From contig OY761556.1 of assembly GCA_963664705.1 (NCBI GenBank), positions 2,272,001-2,336,000 of the forward strand: a DNA stretch of 64,000 nucleotides, read 5' to 3'. A program made the position numbers and the translations under genes. A model generated the notes under the pieces. It ran no database searches. It was not told the origin of the DNA and worked only from the letters and a program-made list of their open reading frames with translations. This stretch comes from Acidobacteriota bacterium (GTDB lineage: Bacteria; Acidobacteriota; UBA6911). Below, one piece after another: positions 48,127-57,263 of the stretch. Positions within the stretch are counted from its first letter, which is position 1; each line of letters begins with the position of its first letter.

Positions 48127-49473
48127 ATGCCGGTGAAAATCGTAGTTCTTAACGCAAGTCGTCAGAAAAACTGTACCCTCAAAGATGTTGCCGGAGGGTT
48201 CGGAACCGTTTTTACAGTGGGCAAATCTCCGTTCGCAAAGCTCCTGGAAGTGGCAAAGCGGCGGATTGCAGCCATTCCGAACATCACGCTCGCATACCTG
48301 GATTCGATCCTGTCCGCAAACGGCGCATCGGTAAAGGTTCTGGACGTGCGTCGATCGGATCAGCTGATTCCCGCCGATCTCTATCTGATCTCTTCATCGA
48401 TAGTGGACTGCAATCTGGAACGAGAGCTTGGGTCTTACGCAAAGAGCCATTTTGGATCCAAAGTCGGCTACTTTGGGCCTTTTGCGGCAATGGTACCCGA
48501 GTTTTATGGCGGTTCTGCCGATTTTGTCGTTAAAGAGGAAATTGAAAACATTGCACCTGCTCTGGCTCATGGAGAAATCCCTGAGGGAATCGTGTCCGCC
48601 GGGTTTGTACAGGATCTCGATTCGCTCCCCTTCCCCAGCTGGGATCAATTTGAAATTCAGAAATTCCGGTACCAGATTGTTACGAACAAAGGAATTACGC
48701 TTCCAATGCTGGGGAGCCGTGGCTGCCCCTATACGTGCAATTACTGCCCCTATCTCGTCAACTCAAAATATCGGGTTCGCAGCCCCGAGAGCATTGTCGA
48801 CGAAATCCGTTATCTCTCGGCCAGGTACAATATTCGAGGTATTGCATTCCGCGATCCCAATCTGACATTTGACAAAAACAGGGCCCGTGAGTTCTCGGAA
48901 CTACTGCTGAAATATAACCTGGATATCCGTTGGGGCTGTGAAGCGCGAACCGATTGCCTCGATCCGGAATTGGTGGACCTGCTGTTCCGTTCCGGGCTGC
49001 GCAGCATCGAGGTGGGAGTGGAGTCCGCCAACCACAATGTGCTGCGTGGCAACCAGCGAAAAGCCATTGCCAAGCCGCAACAGGAAATGATCATTGATCA
49101 CTGTCACAAGCTGGGCATTCGGGTCATCGCGAACTACACGTTCGGGCTGCCCAACGATTCAACCGAAGGCATCCGGGAAACGATACGGTATGCAAAGAGG
49201 TTGAATACGTTTGCCATTCAGTTTACGGTCACGACGCCCTATCCCGGCACTCAATTCTATGAGGCGGTCAAACACCGGATTTTTGAAACCGATTGGGAAA
49301 AATTCAACGGTTGGACAAGCGTTTATCAGCATCCCGCGATTTGTTCTGCCGAACTTCATCGCCTGCGGGAGTTCGCCTACGTCTCCTATCACCTGCGGCC
49401 GCGATACGTCTGGCGGTTCTTGCAGTCGACCATCCTGCACCCGCTTCTGTTTCCGGAGCCGCGCGGAGCATAG
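48127..49473 (+). CDS. Radical SAM protein, B12-binding/BchE-like family
   Basis: SRGCPYTCNYC, FRDPNLT, GVES, FGLPND, TPYPGT. Confidence 0.88.
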   Translation: MPVKIVVLNASRQKNCTLKDVAGGFGTVFTVGKSPFAKLLEVAKRRIAAIPNITLAYLDSILSANGASVKVLDVRRSDQLIPADLYLISSSIVDCNLERELGSYAKSHFGSKVGYFGPFAAMVPEFYGGSADFVVKEEIENIAPALAHGEIPEGIVSAGFVQDLDSLPFPSWDQFEIQKFRYQIVTNKGITLPMLGSRGCPYTCNYCPYLVNSKYRVRSPESIVDEIRYLSARYNIRGIAFRDPNLTFDKNRAREFSELLLKYNLDIRWGCEARTDCLDPELVDLLFRSGLRSIEVGVESANHNVLRGNQRKAIAKPQQEMIIDHCHKLGIRVIANYTFGLPNDSTEGIRETIRYAKRLNTFAIQFTVTTPYPGTQFYEAVKHRIFETDWEKFNGWTSVYQHPAICSAELHRLREFAYVSYHLRPRYVWRFLQSTILHPLLFPEPRGA

Positions 49474-49490
49474 ATTTTTCAATTGGGGAA

Positions 49491-49982
49491 TCAGCGGTAA
49501 GCTACCACCAGCTGAAGCGCGAAGGAGCAGGATCCCATTTCAACTCCCACGTCCAGTCTTTCTGCATCTTTGGGAGCGCGCATGGAGTAGTGGGTTCCCT
49601 GGACAATTGAAGGGATGGAGATTTTGATCAGGTCGTCATCCCCGCTGCAGGCGAACTTCTTCAAGCCCCCGGCAAGCATATTAGACATTTCGCCGACCGC
49701 ATCCACGACAATATCATCGACCGCATCAAAGCTCATGCCCACGAGATTCCCCGCAAGTCTGCAGGCATCCTGGGGAGTCAAATGCATGGCCACAAATCCT
49801 GAAATTTTTCCGCCAAACCCGACCATGGCAGACAATCCGGTAGGAACAGCTGCGCTGTGGTCCCACGGAAAAACGTGGCTCTCGCAACTGAGCATTGTTC
49901 TGGCGATGCCGTTCAATATGTCTTCGAGGCCCTTTTCGAGGTCAAAAGGCGTGATCCCGCCTGCGGCCGCAATGCTCATCAT
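49491..49982 (-). CDS. cheX: CheX family chemotaxis phosphatase
   Basis: SAMVGFGG, DAVGEMSNMLAG (ExxN), ISIPSIV. Confidence 0.82.
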   Translation of the reverse strand: MMSIAAAGGITPFDLEKGLEDILNGIARTMLSCESHVFPWDHSAAVPTGLSAMVGFGGKISGFVAMHLTPQDACRLAGNLVGMSFDAVDDIVVDAVGEMSNMLAGGLKKFACSGDDDLIKISIPSIVQGTHYSMRAPKDAERLDVGVEMGSCSFALQLVVAYR

Positions 49983-50015
49983 GAGACTCCTTCTGTAAGC
50001 AATTCATGTGTCTAT

Positions 50016-50043
50016 CTATCGCCCAAATTATTACCCGACGTTA
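50016..50043 (-). promoter_or_regulatory. Putative sigma28 promoter of cheX
   Basis: TAAC-N16-GGCGATAG on the minus strand. Confidence 0.45.
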
Positions 50044-50080
50044 GGCATTCCCGCCGCCAAACACAAAAAGTTCACCGGCG

Positions 50081-50167
50081 ATTTTGGAGTGCGGCATTTC
50101 GCTTCCGGCTTTGAAAACCATGGAACGGAGGAAGATGGCCAGCCACCGCACTCAAAGGGCCTTGCCT
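50081..50167. repeat. REPIN/MITE-like element TTTGGAGTGCGG...CCGCACTCAAA
   Basis: Same arms as the 32412 hairpin; inverted relative of 47871-47960. Confidence 0.72.
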
Positions 50168-50222
50168 CGGAAAAATATACAGGCAGAACCCAATTTTTCA
50201 GCTATACACTGCACACCGCAGG

Positions 50223-50250
50223 TAAAGATCCGATCTCCTATCGTCGATAG
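50223..50250 (+). promoter_or_regulatory. Putative sigma28 promoter of the hypothetical/HD-GYP/GNAT operon
   Basis: TAAA-N16-GTCGATAG. Confidence 0.5.
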
Positions 50251-50282
50251 AGGATATAGCCCAACGGAGAAGATGGAGAGGG

Positions 50283-50618
50283 ATGATCGAAAAGCAGGCG
50301 CAGTGCAAAAGCGAGGGTAAAGCAGGCGGTGGCGGGGAAACTTCTGTGCCCGGCCTGAACAACAACCTCGAATTCATGGGCAAGCAGCTGCATGTTCAGA
50401 CCGAACGCATCAGCTTCCCGACCCCCCGGGTCGTAACCGAGGTGTTCAGTAATGGACGGGTTGTTTTTTCGAAAAAGTCTGAAATCCCGATGAGCGGTGC
50501 AGAATTGCAGGATTTCGCCACAATTGAAGAGTTGATGCGCACGCAGCATCTTCAGACAATTCGCGAAATAGAGGAAAAACAGAAGCGTATCCTTAGCTCG
50601 GCACCGGTGCGTAAATGA
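50283..50618 (+). CDS. Small hypothetical protein
   Basis: 111 aa; GLNNNLEFMGKQLHVQTE..VVTEVFSNGRVV..LMRTQH; ATGA overlap with the downstream regulator. Confidence 0.68.
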   Translation: MIEKQAQCKSEGKAGGGGETSVPGLNNNLEFMGKQLHVQTERISFPTPRVVTEVFSNGRVVFSKKSEIPMSGAELQDFATIEELMRTQHLQTIREIEEKQKRILSSAPVRK

Positions 50619-51739
50619 TTATGAGCCAGCAGCAGTCACCAGATCGTATCCTCATTGTTGACGACGAGGATAACATGCGCTCGGTGCTTCTCCGGCACCT
50701 GGAGGAGGAGGGGGCGGAATGCGTCGCCTGTCCCTCGGCCATTGATGCCCTCGACGAGATGAAAAAGCGGCCGTTCTCGCTTGTCATCAGCGATGTGATG
50801 ATGCCGGGAATGTCAGGGATGGAATTCCTTCGGCTGGCCAAGAAGGAGGATCCCGAGACTGCCTTTATCATGATCACGGGCCTCATGGACATCAATACGG
50901 CCATTGATTCTCTCCGGATAGGAGCTTGTGACTTCATCACAAAGCCATTTGAATTGCCGGCTATCAAACGTGCCGTCGATCGAGCCCTGGAAAACAGACG
51001 GCTGCTTATCGAAAATCGACGCTATCGGGGCGAATTGGAGCAGAAGGTACGAAAACGGACCTATGAACTAAACGAAGCCCTGCATGACGTGGAAGAAAGC
51101 TACAAAATCACGCTCGAGGCCTTGGTAACCGCCCTGGATGCGCGAGAACACGAAACGCAAGCCCATTCGCAGCGGGTGCGGGAGTACACTCTGACCCTGG
51201 CCCATCAACTGGGGCTCAAACATGACGATCTCATACAAACAGGCCGTGGAGCGCTTCTTCACGACGTTGGAAAGATCGGTGTGCGCGACTCCATTCTTCT
51301 GAAGCCGGGCAAACTGAACGAGGAAGAATGGGTTGAAATGCGAAAGCATCCCCAAATCGGGTACAATATATTGCAGAGTATAGAATTCCTGGCTCCTGCC
51401 GCGGAGATCGTATTATGCCACCAGGAGCGATGGGATGGGAAAGGATATCCCAACAGACTGGCAGGCATGGATATCCCGCTTGGAGCTAGAATTTTCGCGG
51501 TTGTTGATACGATGGATGCAATGACGAGCGATCGTCCATATCGAAAAGCGATGTCCTTTGATGCGGCGCTCAGTGAAATACGCGCCTGCTCTGGAACTCA
51601 GTTCGATCCCGATGTTACGGAAGCGTTTCTATCAATACCGGTTGCATCCTGGATTGCCATCCACGATTCCGTTAACCGGTCGCATCAGAATCAGGATTGC
51701 TTTGGTCTTCTATGTCCGATCTCCAATATCTCCCGATAA
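50615..51739 (+). CDS. Response regulator with HD-GYP (c-di-GMP phosphodiesterase) output
   Basis: REC domain (IVDDE, SDVMMPG, FITKPF); HSQRV, LLHDVGKIG, HQERWDGKGYP, DAMTSDRPYR. Confidence 0.93.
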   Translation: MIMSQQQSPDRILIVDDEDNMRSVLLRHLEEEGAECVACPSAIDALDEMKKRPFSLVISDVMMPGMSGMEFLRLAKKEDPETAFIMITGLMDINTAIDSLRIGACDFITKPFELPAIKRAVDRALENRRLLIENRRYRGELEQKVRKRTYELNEALHDVEESYKITLEALVTALDAREHETQAHSQRVREYTLTLAHQLGLKHDDLIQTGRGALLHDVGKIGVRDSILLKPGKLNEEEWVEMRKHPQIGYNILQSIEFLAPAAEIVLCHQERWDGKGYPNRLAGMDIPLGARIFAVVDTMDAMTSDRPYRKAMSFDAALSEIRACSGTQFDPDVTEAFLSIPVASWIAIHDSVNRSHQNQDCFGLLCPISNISR

Positions 51740-52652
51740 GCTATCTGGAAGAAAACCAGCTCTTGCCTCTCATGTATGAGGAGGAAGGCGCCTGGATGGC
51801 AGACCTGTGCTGGGATTACGCTTCGGTCCGGCAGATTCTCTCATCATTTGTGCGCAAGAAACTCCTGCCTGGATACGCGGCCGTAAGCCAAAACGAAGCC
51901 ATCGCCTACACCTATTTCCTGGTGAACCAGACCAAGGGAATCATTGGAGCGATGTATGCATCCAAGCTCAGGTATTCCCAGGAGGCGGTTGACGAACTCA
52001 TCTCTCTGACCGTCGCAAGCCTCAAGGACACGCCGAATATCAAGCGGGTTGAAGCTCAGATTATGCCTTTCAATAACTTGAGCTCACAGCAGCCTTCGTG
52101 CGTCACGGATTCAATTTTTATCCACGCTATTTCCTGGAAATGGATTTACGGAAATATCGTGAGAATCCGGATTCAACGCCCTTCGAGAAGATCATCCCAT
52201 GGTCATCCGCATACCTGATGCAAGCTGCAGAAATGAGCCTGCTCAGTTACCGCAATCAGACGGATGCCGAGATTTGCGAAGACTACTCAACCCGGGACGG
52301 CTGCGAAAGCTATCTACGCAGCCTTGTGGAAAACCCCGGTTGCGGCGTTTTTATGCCCGAAACATCGTTCATGGCATTGGACAGACAAGGCGCCCTGTGC
52401 GGATTTCTCATCTGCTCACGGATTTCATCCGGCGCAGCCATGGTCCCCCAGATCGCAGTGCACCCCTCCTATCAGGGCCGCGGCGTGGGAAATACGCTCA
52501 TGGATTATTCGGTCGAACAACTCAAAACGCTGGGATTCCGCAGCATCAGCCTCACCGTCACCAAGAAAAATCGCCGTGCCTTCGAATGGTATCAGCGCCT
52601 GGGATTCCGGATCCGAAAGGACTTCGGGGCCTACGTCTGGCAGAGAATCTAA
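51712..52652 (+). pseudogene. Tandem-GNAT acetyltransferase split by a single-base frameshift near 52084 (real or sequencing error)
   Basis: The N-half (ORF 51697-52218) reads to ...QIMPFNNLS. Another frame continues TAAFVRHGFNFYPRYF...QIAVHPSYQGRGVG...NRRAFEWYQRLGF. Confidence 0.75.
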
Positions 52653-52715
52653 TTTCGAATTATGAATGATGCATGGACACATTCGTTCGGGCTATGCACG
52701 CCGTGCGTGCCGCTC

Positions 52716-52747
52716 CATTCGAAATTCGTCATTCGTCATTCGTAATT
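52716..52747. repeat. Heptamer tandem repeat (ATTCGTC-type) between convergent genes
   Basis: CATTCGAAATTCGTCATTCGTCATTCGTAATT, the reverse complement of the 3027 unit. Confidence 0.75.
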
Positions 52748-53593
52748 TTATTTGGGTTCTACTGCCGCAGCTGCGGGATTGAGGACCACCAAATCGACGC
52801 GACGATTACGGGCCTTCCCCTCCGGTGTATCGTTTGGAGCGGTTGGATGGTATTCGCCATAGCCGGCGGCTGAAAGCTGTTCAGGCGAGAAACCAAGACC
52901 ATCGATCAGGTAGGAAATCATTACGGTGGCCCTGGCGGTAGAAAGCTCCCAGTTCGAGGGGAATTTGGAATTGCGGATCGGCACATTATCGGTATGACCT
53001 TCGATTCGCATCTGGTTGCCCAAATTCACCAGAGCTCCGGCAATATTCAGGAGTAGTGCCTTACCTTCGGGTTTGATCTGTTCGGAGCCGGAATCGAAGA
53101 TCCCCGCTTCTCCAAGGGTAATAATCAAGCCGCGCGCATCAATGTGCAGTTTTACTCTGTCCTTGAGGAGTTCAGAATTCAGCATGGTTTCGATATGCTT
53201 TTTAAGCTGGGTCAGGCCTTCTCCGTTCAGCGTTTCCTTCTTCGTATAAGCGCCTGCGCTGCGCAAACGCTGCAGCTCTTTCAGCTTGTCACCGCGCAGA
53301 TCCACGCTCTTCAGCAGCTCGCGTGAAGTGGGATTATCTCCGGTCCCCGGATTCAAGGTCAGGGTGGAGCTTCCACCGGCAAACAGGTTGCTGTCAAAGG
53401 AAGCCTTCATGGAAGTGACCATCTTGCCGTACTTCTGGGCATCCACGGTCGAAATTGCATACAGCGTGGTGAAAAATGCAAACAGCAAAGTGATGAAATC
53501 GGCGTACGACACCAGCCACCGTTCGCTGCCGCCCTCTTCTTCCTCGTGCTTTTTCTTTCTCACCTTACGCAGCCCTCTTTTGAGCAGCCCCAC
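52748..53593 (-). CDS. motB: Flagellar stator protein MotB
   Basis: WLVSYADFITLLFAFF, IEGHTDN, SNWELSTARA, NRRVD. Confidence 0.94.
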   Translation of the reverse strand: MGLLKRGLRKVRKKKHEEEEGGSERWLVSYADFITLLFAFFTTLYAISTVDAQKYGKMVTSMKASFDSNLFAGGSSTLTLNPGTGDNPTSRELLKSVDLRGDKLKELQRLRSAGAYTKKETLNGEGLTQLKKHIETMLNSELLKDRVKLHIDARGLIITLGEAGIFDSGSEQIKPEGKALLLNIAGALVNLGNQMRIEGHTDNVPIRNSKFPSNWELSTARATVMISYLIDGLGFSPEQLSAAGYGEYHPTAPNDTPEGKARNRRVDLVVLNPAAAAVEPK

Positions 53594-54395
53594 CGTCAGG
53601 CTTTTCTTCCTGTTCTTTGCGGCTCAGATAACTCTTCAGCTTGTCTTCTATCAGTCGCGGATTCTCGCCTTCAAGAATGGAGATCACGCCCACAAGCATG
53701 ATTTCCTTTGCAACCATATGCTCTTTCGACTTCAGCTTCAGCTTTCCGGACATGGGTAAAAAGAGAAGGTTGGCTGAACCGACACCATAAACCGTAGCGA
53801 CAAAGGCTACGGCAATCCCGCTCCCCAGTTTGCTTGGATCCGACAGATTCTCCATCACATGGATTAGGCCCAGAACGGCGCCCAGAATTCCAACAGTGGG
53901 CGCATATCCACCGGCCGCCTGCCAAAACTTGATCGGTTGTTCGGCCTCTTCTTCCAGGTTTGAAATCTCGAGTTCCATGGTTTCACGAAGCACTTTGGGT
54001 TCTACCCCATCCATTGCCATGGTGAGCGCTTTCTTGAGAAATGGATCGGAGATTTTCTGCGTATCCGATTCCAGCGAGATGACCCCCTCTTTTCTTGCCT
54101 TATTGGCAAGGCGAATGATCTCCTGGATTACTTCCCGGTTGTTGACCTTCGGATCCAGAAAGACCTGCACAACGGTCTTTATGCTCGCAATTGCAACGGA
54201 AAGCTGGAACTGCAGCAGGCATGCGCCCAGTGTTCCGCCCCACACAATAATGGCTGCGGTTGGCTGCATAATGGAACCGATGCTGCCGCCTTCAATCGCC
54301 TGTCCACCCAAAATGGCGACCCCGGCAATCAGCAGTCCCAAAAACGAAGCCAGATCAATCGACTTCTTGCCCGCGCTCCCTGAGTTGTCGCTCAT
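53565..54395 (-). CDS. motA: Flagellar stator protein MotA
   Basis: ARKEGVISLE, YAPTVGILGAVLGLI, AFVATVYGV. Confidence 0.95.
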   Translation of the reverse strand: MSDNSGSAGKKSIDLASFLGLLIAGVAILGGQAIEGGSIGSIMQPTAAIIVWGGTLGACLLQFQLSVAIASIKTVVQVFLDPKVNNREVIQEIIRLANKARKEGVISLESDTQKISDPFLKKALTMAMDGVEPKVLRETMELEISNLEEEAEQPIKFWQAAGGYAPTVGILGAVLGLIHVMENLSDPSKLGSGIAVAFVATVYGVGSANLLFLPMSGKLKLKSKEHMVAKEIMLVGVISILEGENPRLIEDKLKSYLSRKEQEEKPDGGAAQKRAA

Positions 54396-54591
54396 ATTCT
54401 ACGTTTATCAATCCGGAAATCAGGCGTCGATAATGCACAATCTTCTGGATGATCGATGACATGCTTTCTGTAACCACGACCTTTTCGCTGTTGGTCATGG
54501 TGAGCACCGTATCCGGAGTCTCTTCGATATATTGAATGAGATCCGCGTTTACGGCGATCGGCGCCTTGTTTATCTTAGTCAGTAGTATCAT
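54355..54591 (-). CDS. flbD: Flagellar FlbD/SwrD family protein
   Basis: MILLTKIN..VNADLIQYIEETPDTVLT; typical position upstream of motA. Confidence 0.9.
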   Translation of the reverse strand: MILLTKINKAPIAVNADLIQYIEETPDTVLTMTNSEKVVVTESMSSIIQKIVHYRRLISGLINVEYERQLRERGQEVD

Positions 54592-54622
54592 GCCGTTATT
54601 CGGGCTATACCGCCCTCGTCAT

Positions 54623-54650
54623 ATATCGTCAGGACAGGCTCTATCCCTTA
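54623..54650 (-). promoter_or_regulatory. Putative sigma28 promoter of flbD-motAB
   Basis: TAAG-N16-GACGATAT on the minus strand; same -10 as the flagellin promoter. Confidence 0.55.
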
Positions 54651-55363
54651 GTTTCTCTCTCCTGAAACATGCCAAGCGCAAAGGGAATATAATCGCTCAG
54701 CGGCAGCGGACTATCGCCTTCCGGCAGACAGCCCAACAAAAGGCTCATCGAAGCAAAATCATCGGGAGTGTCAACCGTGACCCGTATCTGCGGATATCGC
54801 AAACTTTCCGGAGCCGCCAGGAAGGAGACCCTGAATTTTTCGGGATTTTCCTTGATGTGCAAAGTAACGTGTTCCCGATGCGGCGGAGCCACGGCCATTT
54901 CGTGGGATCTGGCCAAAGCCTGCGCCCTGCAGGCTTCCGTGGCGGCGCCATAAGGAAGGTCCGTCTCCACACAGTAATCGAGATGCTCCAGGCGGAGCTG
55001 GCGAATGATGCGGGAAGCTGACCCGATGTCGATTAAGGGATTATCGGCTGTTGCCCGAATGATGATCTCCGGCCTAAATTGCCGCGAGGCTTCATGGAAT
55101 CTGCTCAAAACATCCGATTCCGCACCCCGGAAGACCAAAACTCCCAGACGGCTGGCTTCTTCGGCAACGCAGTCATCCTGGGAAAGGGATGTGGTGAGAA
55201 CGGCTACTGCGTCAATTTCCGGGACTGCCCGCAGTCGTGAAACAGCCCTTTCAAGAATGGATTTTCCCTGTATCGGCTTCAGCACCTTCCCAGGCAATCG
55301 CGTACTTCCCATCCTCGCCTGAAGGAATGCCATAACGTCATACGAGCCGGCTTGATCGGACAT
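54641..55363 (-). CDS. SpsF-like acylneuraminate cytidylyltransferase family protein
   Basis: QARMGSTRLPGKVL, DVLSRF, RATADNPLID, REHVT, TVDTPDD. Confidence 0.88.
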   Translation of the reverse strand: MSDQAGSYDVMAFLQARMGSTRLPGKVLKPIQGKSILERAVSRLRAVPEIDAVAVLTTSLSQDDCVAEEASRLGVLVFRGAESDVLSRFHEASRQFRPEIIIRATADNPLIDIGSASRIIRQLRLEHLDYCVETDLPYGAATEACRAQALARSHEMAVAPPHREHVTLHIKENPEKFRVSFLAAPESLRYPQIRVTVDTPDDFASMSLLLGCLPEGDSPLPLSDYIPFALGMFQERETKG

Positions 55364-56557
55364 TCACTTCCCACCCTTCACGGCATCGCGCAAAACCTCG
55401 CACACAGCGCTTACCTGTTCATAGGTCATACTCGGAAAAAGAGGCACTGTCAGGATGCGCCGTCCCAGGGCTTCAGTGTTTTCCAGGGCATGGCCGTCTC
55501 TCGCAAGACCGCGATAAAAAGAAAACTGGTGAATGGGAGGATAGTGAATGCTGGTCTGAATCCCCTGATCGCGCATAAAGCGCATAACCTCCATGCGCGA
55601 AACATTTTCACCAAGAACAACCGTCATCAGATGGCAGGCAGGATCCCCGCCATAGTTAGCAAATGGAACGGCCCAATTTTCATCCGCCCCGAGAATTTCC
55701 CGATACCATCGCACGCGCTCTCTTCGAAGGCGGTTCCAGTGATCCAACGACTGCAGTTGGACATGCAGCAGCGCCGCCCGGAGGTCATCCATGCGATAAT
55801 TGAAGCCCGGCAGGCTGACATCGTAGGAAAAGGAATGTCCCTGGAAACGATGCCATGTCAACGAATCCATGCCATGAGATCGAAGCAGACGAAGCTTTTT
55901 AGCAAGATCTTCGTTGTCCGTTACAAGGAGCCCTCCTTCGGCACAGGTGAGATTTTTATTCCCGAAGAAACTGAAGCAACCGATGTCGCCCCAGCAACCG
56001 CACTGTTTCCCGTTCCATGTTGCTCCGGGTGAGTGGGCAGCATCCTCCACGATCCACAGACCGTGACGGCGTGCAACATCCGCGATAGCGTCCATATCGC
56101 AGGCATAGCCCCCATAGTGCATCGGGCAAATGCAGCGCGTCTTCGGCGTTATTGCCTTTTCAATCGTTTCCGCGGAAACAAGGGGGATTTCAAGAGAGTG
56201 CACATCCGCAAACCGGGGAACGGCACCTGTATGCAAAATCGTATTTGCCGCAGCCACGAAGGTAAGCGACGGAGTGATCACCTCGTCGCCAGCGGCGATT
56301 CCCAGGGCTACAAACGCAAGATGAAGCGCTGCAGTCCCATTGGCAACTGCAATGGCATGCCGAACGCCCATCCGACTTTCAAAAGCTCTTTCCAGTGCAT
56401 CAACTTCCGGCCCGCTCGTCCACCAGCCGGAACGGAGAACCGCCGTTATCCTTTGGACCTCGTCTTCCGACCAGTTCAACTCGGATAGCGGAACCCGCCA
56501 CTCATGCGACTTGGAATTCTGCAGCCCTGGAGCTGTATTCCATTTGGGCAAGCTCAT
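55364..56557 (-). CDS. DegT/DnrJ/EryC1/StrS PLP-dependent aminotransferase (true start uncertain, see findings)
   Basis: NGTAALHLA, TFVAAAN, EDAAH, FSFFGNKN, GFNYRM. Confidence 0.9.
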   Translation of the reverse strand: MSLPKWNTAPGLQNSKSHEWRVPLSELNWSEDEVQRITAVLRSGWWTSGPEVDALERAFESRMGVRHAIAVANGTAALHLAFVALGIAAGDEVITPSLTFVAAANTILHTGAVPRFADVHSLEIPLVSAETIEKAITPKTRCICPMHYGGYACDMDAIADVARRHGLWIVEDAAHSPGATWNGKQCGCWGDIGCFSFFGNKNLTCAEGGLLVTDNEDLAKKLRLLRSHGMDSLTWHRFQGHSFSYDVSLPGFNYRMDDLRAALLHVQLQSLDHWNRLRRERVRWYREILGADENWAVPFANYGGDPACHLMTVVLGENVSRMEVMRFMRDQGIQTSIHYPPIHQFSFYRGLARDGHALENTEALGRRILTVPLFPSMTYEQVSAVCEVLRDAVKGGK

Positions 56558-57218
56558 AATCCTCGCGCCGTCCTATATCGAGCCAATAATCGTGTGAATG
56601 ATATCCTGCGATCTTCTCGCCCTTTTGCAGCAGAGTTTTGACCAGTTCCGGAAAATCAAGGTACTGTCCTTTGGGGATATACCTCAGCACGTGCGGCTCA
56701 TAAACGTACACGCCCATGCTGACCTTGAAGCTGTAAACCGGCTTTTCATCGTACGCGATCAATTCGCCGGTCTCATTGGTGTTTAACACGCCGAGATCGA
56801 TTTTGACGTCTTTCTGGTGCATCGCAATGGTCAACGCGGCGCGCTGAGTTTTGTGATGTCTGACAAGATCCTGATAATCAAGCGTGGTAAGTATGTCGCC
56901 ATTCATAACCAGAAACGTATCATTGAGTCCCGGAATCATCGACAGGGAGCCGGCCGTGCCTAAAGGCTGCTTTTCCCTGAAATACTCAAGACTGATCAAT
57001 CCCGGAATATTCCGATGCCCATTTTGGAAATAGGCTTCTATCAATTCCCCCAGATGTCCCACGGACAGCAGAATGTCGCCAAAGCCCTGCCGGGTCAGTT
57101 GACGAATGATGATCTCCAGGATGGGGCGATCACCGATCGGCACTAGCGGCTTCGGAAATATGGTGGTGTAAGGAGCCAACCGGGTTCCCTTTCCACCCGC
57201 CAGGATCACAGTTTGCAT
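56502..57218 (-). CDS. Sugar-phosphate nucleotidyltransferase
   Basis: VILAGGKGTRL, PKPLVP, PLGTAG, NGDILT, WLDIG. Confidence 0.92.
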   Translation of the reverse strand: MQTVILAGGKGTRLAPYTTIFPKPLVPIGDRPILEIIIRQLTRQGFGDILLSVGHLGELIEAYFQNGHRNIPGLISLEYFREKQPLGTAGSLSMIPGLNDTFLVMNGDILTTLDYQDLVRHHKTQRAALTIAMHQKDVKIDLGVLNTNETGELIAYDEKPVYSFKVSMGVYVYEPHVLRYIPKGQYLDFPELVKTLLQKGEKIAGYHSHDYWLDIGRREDYELAQMEYSSRAAEFQVA

Positions 57219-57263
57219 AGGGTCACCGAAAATCCGGAACAAATGGTTAAAAACTAGACTGCA

